This document shows positions 23,707-31,008 of a DNA stretch of 32,533 bases, one piece after another; position 1 is the stretch's first letter; each line of letters opens with the position of its first letter. The stretch lies in NCBI GenBank assembly GCA_018830295.1, contig JAHJSM010000002.1, positions 80,598 through 113,130 of the forward strand, written 5' to 3'. This stretch comes from Patescibacteria group bacterium (GTDB taxonomy: Bacteria; Patescibacteriota; Minisyncoccia; Portnoybacterales; UBA2143). The translations under genes and the position numbers were made by a program. The notes under the pieces were generated by a model. The model searched no databases and was not told the origin of the DNA. It was given only the letters and a program-made list of their open reading frames with translations.

Positions 23707-24786
23707 ATGTTCAATTTTAATAAAAACTTATCTTCTGATATTAAGGACGCTGTTTTGGCGGTGACTTATCAATGTAATAGTTGCTGTCAATTTTGCTATA
23801 TTTGGCAGAGTCGAGAAACATTTTCTTGTCAGCCCTCTGATTATGAAAATTTACCACGAAATCTTGAGAGCGTCAATATTAGCGGAGGCGAACCGTTTTT
23901 GAGGCCTGATTTGCCCGAAATTGTCAGGGTCATCAGCCGTCGATGTCCTCAAGCCAAAATTATTATTTCCACCAATGGGTTTTTGCCCAGTATTATTAAA
24001 AAAAGAATGACGGAAATTATTAAATTCAAGAGAGATATTGGCGTAGCGGTTTCTTTGGATGGATTTGGAAAGGTTCACGAGGAATTAAGGGGATTTCCCG
24101 GCGGTTTTAGTTTGGCCTTGGAAACGATACGGCTTTTGAAAGAATTAGGCTTAAAGGATTTGAAGATCGCTTTTACTTTGAATAATGAGAATATAAATCA
24201 ATTAAAAAGGGTCTATCAATTGAGCGGAGAATTAGGCGTTGAGTTTAGTTTGGCAGCTTGTCATAATTCTTCCCATTATTTTCAAATAGAGAATAATAAA
24301 ATTGGCAAAATTGCAACGGTTAAAAAAGAAATTAATTGGCTTATAGAGCAGGAATTAAAAAAGTTTTCGTTGAAGCGATGGGCAAGAGCGTATTTCGCTT
24401 GGGGACTTATCAAATTTTTGGAGGAAAAACAAAGGGTCTTGCCTGATTATTCGGGGCTGGCGTCGGTTTTTATTGACCCCTTTGGCAATATTTATCCTTC
24501 GGATGTTTGGGATTTGAAAATAGGGCGATTGGAAGAAGTCGGGGATTGGGATGAATTTGCCAAAGGAACGCAAGGATTAGTTTCTTTTGGAGAGAAGCCA
24601 GTTAACTGGATGGTTTGTACGGCGAGGCAGGCGGTAAAAAGGCATCCGTTTCGGGTTGGATGGTGGGTTTTAAAGAAAATAGTAAAACGGTTAAGATGGG
24701 GGCAGTCTCTAAAATTAAAAACGGGGACAGTCCCTCGCGGCGAGGGACTGTCCCCTCTAAGATATGAAAATTCTTCAAATAAATAA
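23707..24786 (+). CDS. Radical SAM domain protein
   Basis: It has CNSCCQFC (CxxxCxxC) near the N-terminus, a GGEPFL SAM-binding motif, and a TIM-barrel-like alternation. ATG 23707 is preferred over 23698. The last 30 or so codons are a translated GC-rich repeat. Confidence 0.82.
   Translation: MFNFNKNLSSDIKDAVLAVTYQCNSCCQFCYIWQSRETFSCQPSDYENLPRNLESVNISGGEPFLRPDLPEIVRVISRRCPQAKIIISTNGFLPSIIKKRMTEIIKFKRDIGVAVSLDGFGKVHEELRGFPGGFSLALETIRLLKELGLKDLKIAFTLNNENINQLKRVYQLSGELGVEFSLAACHNSSHYFQIENNKIGKIATVKKEINWLIEQELKKFSLKRWARAYFAWGLIKFLEEKQRVLPDYSGLASVFIDPFGNIYPSDVWDLKIGRLEEVGDWDEFAKGTQGLVSFGEKPVNWMVCTARQAVKRHPFRVGWWVLKKIVKRLRWGQSLKLKTGTVPRGEGLSPLRYENSSNK
24723..24755. repeat. GC-rich palindromic repeat, type B variant (15-bp stem, loop CGG), inside the radical SAM ORF 3' end
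   Basis: The sequence is GGGGACAGTCCCTCG-CGG-CGAGGGACTGTCCCC. It is preceded by a degenerate TTAAGATGGGGGCAGTCTC at 24691-24709 and ends 8 nt before the next ATG (24764). Confidence 0.9.
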
Positions 24787-25963
24787 ATTTTTCTTTTTGA
24801 AAGGGGGAGCGGAGCGGTATTTTTTTGATTTGGCGGAATTGCTTTCGGCGGAGGGGGAGCGGGTTTCGGTTTGGAGCGCGCGGCATCCTCTGGATTTTTC
24901 TAAAAGAGAAGGATTTTTGAAGGATTTTAAAAAAGTTAGGCGGATTTTTTGGAATAGGGATGCGGTTAAAAAATTAGAAAAGGTAATTGAGCGAGAAAAA
25001 CCAGATGTCGCTCATTTGCACAATATTTTTGGGCATTTTTCTCCTTCTATTATTTTTGCTTTAAAAAAACGCGGGATACCGATTGTCATGACACTGCATG
25101 ATTATAAGTTTTTTTGCCCTAATTATAAGTTTTTTACGCGAGGCAAGGTTTGTTTTGATTGTCTCAAAAAAAGAAATTATCGCGCTTGTTTTTATAAAAA
25201 ATGCGTTCATAATTCGCGGATAAAAAGTTTCTTAGGGTATTTGGAAGGGAAATGGCAGAGAGATTTTTTGAAGGCCGCCCATAAAATAGATATGTTTTTA
25301 GCGCCGAGTTTGTTTATTAAAGAAAAGGCGTTGGAATGGGGGATTCCTTTTGATAAAATTATTCACCTGCCAAATTTTATTACTATTGACAATTTAGAAA
25401 AAATTAGGCAGAATAAGGACGAAAAATACATCTTGTATTTTGGGCGATTAAGCGAAGAGAAAGGAATTGCTCTTTTAATTAAAGCGTTTCTGAAGGCGGT
25501 TGACAAAGAAGCAAATGGCTGGAAGTTAAAAATAGCTGGCGACGGTCCAGAAGAAGAGAATTTAAGGAAGATAGCTAAGAACGAGGATGGCGTGGAATTT
25601 TTAGGACGATTAAATAGTGAGGCGCTGAAAGAAAAGATTTTTAACGCGCGGTTGGTGGTTGTTCCTTCTCTTTGGCCGGAAAATTTTCCGTACAGCGTTT
25701 TAGAAAGCTTCGCTTTGGGTAAGACGGTTTTAGCCGCCAAGATTGGGGGATTGCCAGAAATGATTGAAAATGGTAAAACAGGATTGCTTTTTGAGGCGGG
25801 CGATAAAAATGATTTGGCGGAAAAAATCCTTTGGGCGATGAGTCAGCCAGAGAAAATAAAGAAAATAGGAGAAAATGCGCGGGAAGAGGCTTTGAAAAAG
25901 TATGGCTCGGAGGGGCATTATAAGAAATTAAAACGGGTTTATGAACGAATTAAGAATGACTAA
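24764..25963 (+). CDS. Glycosyltransferase family 4 (GT-B, GT1/GT4-type)
   Basis: It has the N-terminal MKILQINKFFFLKGGAERYFFDL typical of GT4, and a C-terminal E-x7-E region (ENFPYSVLESFALGKTVLAAKIGGLPEMIENGKTGLLF). Confidence 0.88.
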   Translation: MKILQINKFFFLKGGAERYFFDLAELLSAEGERVSVWSARHPLDFSKREGFLKDFKKVRRIFWNRDAVKKLEKVIEREKPDVAHLHNIFGHFSPSIIFALKKRGIPIVMTLHDYKFFCPNYKFFTRGKVCFDCLKKRNYRACFYKKCVHNSRIKSFLGYLEGKWQRDFLKAAHKIDMFLAPSLFIKEKALEWGIPFDKIIHLPNFITIDNLEKIRQNKDEKYILYFGRLSEEKGIALLIKAFLKAVDKEANGWKLKIAGDGPEEENLRKIAKNEDGVEFLGRLNSEALKEKIFNARLVVVPSLWPENFPYSVLESFALGKTVLAAKIGGLPEMIENGKTGLLFEAGDKNDLAEKILWAMSQPEKIKKIGENAREEALKKYGSEGHYKKLKRVYERIKND

Positions 25964-27269
25964 AATTATCGCGGCGGTTTGTTTGGTCCTTGTCGTGACA
26001 GGAAGTTTTATGCTGTGGCAAAATGGTTGGATTGAAGGAAGCATCCAAAAGATAGAACAGATTTCTTTTTTGAAAATACTTCCTAAATTGGCTGGCTTTG
26101 GCGAGGAGAGAAATTATCTTTTGCTTTTTCAAAATAATTTGGAATTAAGGCCAAGCGGAGGGTATTTGGGCGCTTTTGGAATTATTAAAATAAAGAACGC
26201 GGGAGTGGTTTCTTTTGAAATGCACGATACAAATATTTTTGACGGATTTGGCAAAGTTCAAACAGAGCCGCCTCAACCGATGAAAGAACATTTAGGCATT
26301 AGCAATTGGCAAATGAGGGATGGTAATTGGTCTCCTGATTGGCCGACGGCGGCGCGGCAGGTTGAATATTTTTATCGCCTTCAAGGCGGAACGGAGAATT
26401 TTGACGGGGTCATCGCGCTTAACGCGTCTGTTTTGCCTGATTTAATGGAATTAATTGGTCCGGCTTATTTAGAGGAATTTGATAAAGAATTTGTTGCGGA
26501 GACGGTTCTTTATGATTTGGAATACGAAACCGAGAGGGGTTATCTTGAAAGGGGGATTGACGCGGGTGAAAGAAAAACGGTTTATAAAGCGTTGGTTAAG
26601 AATGTTTTAGGGGGGATAACAGAAAATAATTTTTGGCAAAAGAACGATTTAAGAGGATTGGTTATGAACGAATTGGCTGAAAAAAATATTCTTTTGTTTT
26701 TTAAAGACGAGAAAGAGCAAGAAGTGGTTGACGAACTTGGATGGAGCGGACGGGTTGACCAGTCGCATTCAGGCGATTATTTAATGATTGTTGAAGCGAA
26801 TTTAGGCGCGAGAAAAAGCAACGCTTTTGTGACGAGGGAAGTGGAATATTTAGTTGATTTTTCAAAGGACGCGCCTATGGCTAATTTGAAAATTAAATTT
26901 ACGCATATAGGCGGAGAAAAAGATTGGTTTAACCATGACTATCAAGTTTATTTAAGAATTTACGCGCCGTATAAGAGTTGGCTTTTGGCTGCTTACGGAA
27001 CCGAGGACGAGACAGAATTTTTAGATGAATTTGGCAAAACGGTTTTTGGCAATTGGATTATTATTCCGTCGGGCGAAACAAAAACTGTTGAATTTTCTTA
27101 TCTCTTGCCATCGCGATTGAAAGACGAAACGGATTATCAGATTTTGGTTCAAAAGCAATCGGGGATTAACAGCTTACCCCTTAAGTTTATTTTCAAGGAA
27201 GGCGAACGCGAAGAAGTTGAAGAAAACATTATTAAGAACGACTGGGAGGGAGTTATTGAAAGAAAATGA
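25941..27269 (+). CDS. DUF4012-like membrane-anchored extracytoplasmic protein
   Basis: It has an N-terminal TM followed by YLLLFQNNLELRPSGGYLGAFGII, NW..DWP and DGVIALNASVL segments that I recall as the DUF4012 signature. The alternative start ATG 25956 overlaps the GT4 stop (ATGACTAA). Confidence 0.7.
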   Translation: MNELRMTKIIAAVCLVLVVTGSFMLWQNGWIEGSIQKIEQISFLKILPKLAGFGEERNYLLLFQNNLELRPSGGYLGAFGIIKIKNAGVVSFEMHDTNIFDGFGKVQTEPPQPMKEHLGISNWQMRDGNWSPDWPTAARQVEYFYRLQGGTENFDGVIALNASVLPDLMELIGPAYLEEFDKEFVAETVLYDLEYETERGYLERGIDAGERKTVYKALVKNVLGGITENNFWQKNDLRGLVMNELAEKNILLFFKDEKEQEVVDELGWSGRVDQSHSGDYLMIVEANLGARKSNAFVTREVEYLVDFSKDAPMANLKIKFTHIGGEKDWFNHDYQVYLRIYAPYKSWLLAAYGTEDETEFLDEFGKTVFGNWIIIPSGETKTVEFSYLLPSRLKDETDYQILVQKQSGINSLPLKFIFKEGEREEVEENIIKNDWEGVIERK

Positions 27270-28372
27270 AGATAGCAATGATTGGGCAAAAAGGAATACC
27301 AACTCTTTTTGGGGGAATAGAGCGGCATGTCGAGAAAATTTCTTGTTCTTTAGCGCGGGAAAAAAATCGCGAGGTTTTTGTTTACGCGCGCTCTTATTAC
27401 ACGCCTAAGAAAACTAAAAAATTTAAGGGGGTAAATATTATTCATTTGCCCAGTATTCAGACAAAGCATTTGGACGCGATTAGCCATATCTTTTTAGCGA
27501 GTTGGCACGCTATTTTTAAAATTAGAGCAGATGTCATTCACTACCATGGCGTTGGTCCGGCTTTATGTCTTTGGATCCCAAAACTTTTTAAGCCGAGCGC
27601 GAAGGTGGTTTTTACTCTTCATTGCCACGATTATTTTCATAAAAAATGGGGAAGCGCGGCTCGGTTTTTCTTGCGTTTTGGAGAAATGATTGGATGTTTA
27701 TTGGCGGACGAGGTGATCGCGGTTTCCGAAGAAATTCAGGAATATATCGCGAAGACATATAAGAGGAAAAGTTCTTTTATTCCCCACGGGGTTGACGAGG
27801 AAGAGAAAATACCCGCTGATTTAATTGTGAGAAAATGGGGACTGAAAAAGGATGGATATATTTTGGCGGTGAGCCGTTTAATTCCTCATAAGGGCATTCA
27901 TTATTTAATTGATGCTTATCAAAAAATTAAGACGGATAAAAAATTGGTTATCGTCGGTCCTTCTTTTTATACGCGCGATTACAAGAACGAACTTGCGCAA
28001 AGAGCCAAAAATGATACGCGGATTATTTTTTTGGATGCCCAGCAAGGAAAAATTTTGAAAGAACTTTTCAGCAACGCTTGTTTGTTTATCAACCCTTCAG
28101 AACAAGAGGGTTTGCCTGTGACGGTTTTAGAAGCGGCGAGTTTTGGTGTTCCGATTCTGCTTTCGGATATTAAAATTCATAAAAAAATGCTTGGGGATAA
28201 TGTTTTTCTTTTTAGGAATAAAAGTGTTAAGAACCTCGCGGAAGAAATGGAGAAAATTTTAGGGGAACAAAAAACGCCCCTTAAAAAATCTCGTCAAGCG
28301 AAAAATTATCTTAAAAACAATTACGACAGTTGGGCGGGAATTGTGGAGAAAACTGTTTTGAAGTATATTTGA
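27266..28372 (+). CDS. Glycosyltransferase family 4 with a DUF1972-like N-terminus
   Basis: MKIAMIGQKGIPTLFGGIERHVEKIS resembles the DUF1972-type GT4 N-domain. The C-terminal NPSEQEGLPVTVLEAASFGVPILLSD is a GT-B motif. ATGA start/stop overlap at 27266-27269. Confidence 0.85.
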   Translation: MKIAMIGQKGIPTLFGGIERHVEKISCSLAREKNREVFVYARSYYTPKKTKKFKGVNIIHLPSIQTKHLDAISHIFLASWHAIFKIRADVIHYHGVGPALCLWIPKLFKPSAKVVFTLHCHDYFHKKWGSAARFFLRFGEMIGCLLADEVIAVSEEIQEYIAKTYKRKSSFIPHGVDEEEKIPADLIVRKWGLKKDGYILAVSRLIPHKGIHYLIDAYQKIKTDKKLVIVGPSFYTRDYKNELAQRAKNDTRIIFLDAQQGKILKELFSNACLFINPSEQEGLPVTVLEAASFGVPILLSDIKIHKKMLGDNVFLFRNKSVKNLAEEMEKILGEQKTPLKKSRQAKNYLKNNYDSWAGIVEKTVLKYI

Positions 28373-28386
28373 TTTTGTGGTATAGT
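28358..28386 (+). promoter_or_regulatory. Candidate promoter (TTGAAG-N17-TGgTATAGT) 6 nt upstream of ATG 28393
   Basis: TTGAAG lies at 28358-63 and TATAGT at 28381-86, preceded by TGG. It sits in the last codons of the GT4 gene. Confidence 0.45.
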
Positions 28387-28392
28387 GGCGGT

Positions 28393-29154
28393 ATGGATAA
28401 GAATCGCATGGTTCAATCAGTTATTGTGGGTTTAGCCGCCGTCATCGCCGCCGCTAGTTGGGCGGGGTTGAAGGGTTTTTTGTTTGAGGGCGGAAATTGG
28501 ATTTTTCCAAGCGTTGGTTTTTTGGTTTTATTGGTTTTTTTGTCTTTAAATTGCTTGTTGACCAAATCAAAAATTAATCTTTTCATTACTCTTACTTTTG
28601 TTTTGGTTAGCTTTTTGTTTGCTTTTGGAATTAATTTAAGTTATTTGGCTGTTTTAATTGTCGCGCTTTTACTGTTTTCTTTTGGGTTCGCGCGCGCGAT
28701 TAACGAAAAAGAAAATAGGATTAAAATTCAAATAGGTAAAATTCTTCGGAAAGGACTGCCTTCGGTTTTAACAGGTCTCGCTTTAATTATTGCCGCTGTC
28801 TATTATTTCTCTCCTTTGGCGGCGCAGTGGCAGGGCAAAATTGAAATTCCTCGTCCTTTATTTGACGCGATTTCTCAACCAATGATTGATAGCGCTTCTT
28901 TAGGCAGCAGCGAAGAAATTGGCGATATGATTTATGATTCGGTTAATCAGAGTGTTAACAAATATAGCCAAAATTATGAAGAGTATATTCCTTTTGGATT
29001 AGCGGTCGGAGTTTTTTTCACGGTGAAAGCGCTAGGTATTGTTTTAATATGGTTAGTCATACTTTTAAGCGCCGCGATTTTTAAAATTTTGGTTTCTTTC
29101 GGCGCGGTTAAAATACACGAGAAGGCGGTTTTGCAGGAAGTAATGGAAACATAA
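28393..29154 (+). CDS. Hypothetical polytopic membrane protein
   Basis: 253 aa from ATG 28393 with about 6 predicted TM segments. I recognise no family. The ORF-track start at 28330 would overlap the GT4 gene. Confidence 0.6.
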   Translation: MDKNRMVQSVIVGLAAVIAAASWAGLKGFLFEGGNWIFPSVGFLVLLVFLSLNCLLTKSKINLFITLTFVLVSFLFAFGINLSYLAVLIVALLLFSFGFARAINEKENRIKIQIGKILRKGLPSVLTGLALIIAAVYYFSPLAAQWQGKIEIPRPLFDAISQPMIDSASLGSSEEIGDMIYDSVNQSVNKYSQNYEEYIPFGLAVGVFFTVKALGIVLIWLVILLSAAIFKILVSFGAVKIHEKAVLQEVMET

Positions 29155-29156
29155 CT

Positions 29157-30245
29157 ATGGATTATTATAAAATATTGGGGGTTGAGAAGAGCGCTTCGGA
29201 GGATGAAATTAAAAGGGCATACAGAAAATTGGCTCTTAAATATCATCCCGACCGCGCTTCGGAGGATAAGAAAAAAGAATACGAAAAAAAATTTAAAGAG
29301 GTGAGCCAAGCGTATGGCGCTTTGTCTGATAAAAACAAAAGGGCGCAATACGACCAATACGGGCAGACATTTAATGGCGGAGGATTTGGGCAAGGTCAGG
29401 GATTTTCTGGACAGGATTTTAGCCATTTTTACGATGTTTTTGGTGGGCAGGATAATTTTGAGGACTTGGGATTTAGTAGAATTTTTGAACAGGCGTTTGG
29501 CGCCAGGCGGGGGGCGAGGCAAAGGGCGGAATACGGGCAGGACATCGCTTTGGATATGGAAATAGATTTAGAAGAGGCGTTTCGGGGCGTTAAGAAAGAG
29601 GCGGATTTGCGGAAGATGGTTCTTTGCGCGAAGTGCGGCGGAAAGGGAGGAGAGTCGTTAAAAAAATGTCCAGTTTGCCAAGGAAGCGGATATGAGCAAG
29701 TAAGAGGCGGGGGATTGTTGAGTATGTTTATTCAACAGAGACCTTGCTCGCGATGCCACGGACGAGGCGAGGCGCCGGAGAAAATTTGTTCCGAATGCCG
29801 TGGACAGGGAAGAGTTAAGGAAATAAAAAAAGTTAAAATTGCCGTTCCTGAAGGAATTGACGGGGGGCAGGTTTTGAAAATGTCGGGGCAGGGAGAAGCG
29901 GGACCTTATGGCGGACCAGCGGGGGATTTGTTTGTTAATATTCATATTCGCCCGCATAAATATTTTAAGCGACAGGGGAATATTTTGATTTTTGATTTGG
30001 ATATAAACTTTACGCAAGCGGCTTTGGGAGATAAAATAGAGATACCGACTTTAGATGGCAATGTTAAATTAAAAATACCAGCGGGAATTCAGCCGGGGGA
30101 ATTGATACGATTAAAAGGAAAGGGGATGCCGCGTCTTCATGGCGGAGGGCATGGCGATATGATAATTAAAGTTCAGGTTAAGGTTCCTAAAAAAATGTCT
30201 TGGAAGCAGAAAAAGGTTATTAAAGAATTAGGGGAGATTATTTAA
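29157..30245 (+). CDS. dnaJ: Molecular chaperone DnaJ (type I)
   Basis: It has a J domain with HPD (YHPDR), a G/F-rich linker, four CxxCxGxG zinc-finger repeats ([32 protein letters not shown]) and C-terminal substrate-binding domains. Confidence 0.96.
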   Translation: MDYYKILGVEKSASEDEIKRAYRKLALKYHPDRASEDKKKEYEKKFKEVSQAYGALSDKNKRAQYDQYGQTFNGGGFGQGQGFSGQDFSHFYDVFGGQDNFEDLGFSRIFEQAFGARRGARQRAEYGQDIALDMEIDLEEAFRGVKKEADLRKMVLCAKCGGKGGESLKKCPVCQGSGYEQVRGGGLLSMFIQQRPCSRCHGRGEAPEKICSECRGQGRVKEIKKVKIAVPEGIDGGQVLKMSGQGEAGPYGGPAGDLFVNIHIRPHKYFKRQGNILIFDLDINFTQAALGDKIEIPTLDGNVKLKIPAGIQPGELIRLKGKGMPRLHGGGHGDMIIKVQVKVPKKMSWKQKKVIKELGEII

Positions 30246-30251
30246 ATTTTT

Positions 30252-30797
30252 ATGGAATTTCGCCAATTTTTAGCAAATTTGCATGTTGGGGCGGCTTCGG
30301 GGTGGGATTTATTTATCGCGCTGATTTTTTTGATTGCGGTTTTGGTCTATGGTTTTTTTCTTGGGCGGAATAGGATGATTGTTTTACTTTTGAGCAGTTA
30401 TTTTTCTTTTTCTATTGCACAGGCGATTCCGTGGTCTCGCTTTTCGTCTTTAGGTTGGCTAGGAATGAGCGAAGGGCCGTCGGCGTCTCTGATGATTTTG
30501 GTTTTTTTGGGATTGATTTTGCTTTTTTATTTCTTAATTCCGCGCTCTGTTTTGAGTTCTGTTTTCAGAGTTAAAAAAAGAGGGGATGCTTCGTGGATAC
30601 AATTATTTATTTTAAGCGTCGCTCAAGTCGGGTTGTTGGCGATGATAATTATTTCTTTCCTGTCTGAAGAAGTTGTCGTCACCTTGAGTTATTCCATTCA
30701 AAAAGCGCTTGTCGGTCCTGAAGCGCGATTTGTTTGGATTCTTCTTCCGATTTTGGTGATGGTTTTGATGAGGAGGAATATCTCTAAAAAAGATTGA
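30252..30797 (+). CDS. Hypothetical membrane protein (possibly CvpA-like)
   Basis: 181 aa with 4 TM segments. The N-terminal WDLFIALIFLIAVLVYGFFLGRNR loosely resembles the CvpA family, so the assignment is weak. Confidence 0.5.
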   Translation: MEFRQFLANLHVGAASGWDLFIALIFLIAVLVYGFFLGRNRMIVLLLSSYFSFSIAQAIPWSRFSSLGWLGMSEGPSASLMILVFLGLILLFYFLIPRSVLSSVFRVKKRGDASWIQLFILSVAQVGLLAMIIISFLSEEVVVTLSYSIQKALVGPEARFVWILLPILVMVLMRRNISKKD

Positions 30798-30837
30798 TTT
30801 TTTTAGAGATTTTGTATAAGATACCTAAGGTTTTTAC

Positions 30838-30910
30838 GCGCCGTTAGCTCAGTTGGCAGAGCAGCTCCCTTTTAAGGAGATGGTCGGGGGTTCAACTCCC
30901 TCACGGCGCA
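30838..30910 (+). tRNA. tRNA-Lys (anticodon UUU)
   Basis: Manual cloverleaf: acceptor GCGCCGT/ACGGCGC, D arm GCTC-AGTTGGCA-GAGC, anticodon arm GCTCC-CTTTTAA-GGAGA (anticodon TTT), variable TGGTC, T arm GGGGG-TTCAACT-CCCTC, discriminator A. Total 73 nt, with no encoded CCA. Confidence 0.9.
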
Positions 30911-30919
30911 CTTTCTAAC

Positions 30920-30955
30920 AAAAGGTGTTCAACCTTCAGGGTTGAACACTTTTTT
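30920..30955 (+). terminator. Intrinsic terminator after tRNA-Lys (same hairpin as 15153-15187)
   Basis: The sequence is AAAAG-GTGTTCAACC-TTCAG-GGTTGAACAC-TTTTTT. Confidence 0.8.
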
Positions 30956-30973
30956 GTTGGGGATTATTAACAA

Positions 30974-31002
30974 TTGATTGTTGGGGGGAAAAGTGGTAGA
31001 TT
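30974..31002 (+). promoter_or_regulatory. Candidate promoter for aspS (TTGATT-N17-TGgTAGATT) ending 6 nt before the ATG
   Basis: TTGATT lies at 30974-79, followed by a 17-nt spacer ending in TGG and TAGATT at 30997-31002. The ATG is at 31009 and no SD is present. Confidence 0.5.
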
Positions 31003-31008
31003 ATAACC

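Noticed and set aside
5751-24755. GC-rich palindromes as a CRISPR array
   Set aside because: Copies are scattered over 19 kb at irregular spacing, mostly one per intergenic gap. There are no uniform-length spacers, no leader and no cas genes.
961-27269. Alternative genetic code (UGA recoding as in some CPR lineages)
   Set aside because: TGA functions as a stop in ATGA stop/start overlaps (961-964, 27266-27269). All housekeeping ORFs are full-length under the standard bacterial code.
28974-29565. 182-aa minus-strand ORF (28974-29522) and 83-aa plus-strand alternate frame (29314-29565) across the dnaJ 5' region
   Set aside because: They overlap the canonical DnaJ J-domain and G/F region and the preceding membrane protein. 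The sequences are basic and low-complexity with no support.
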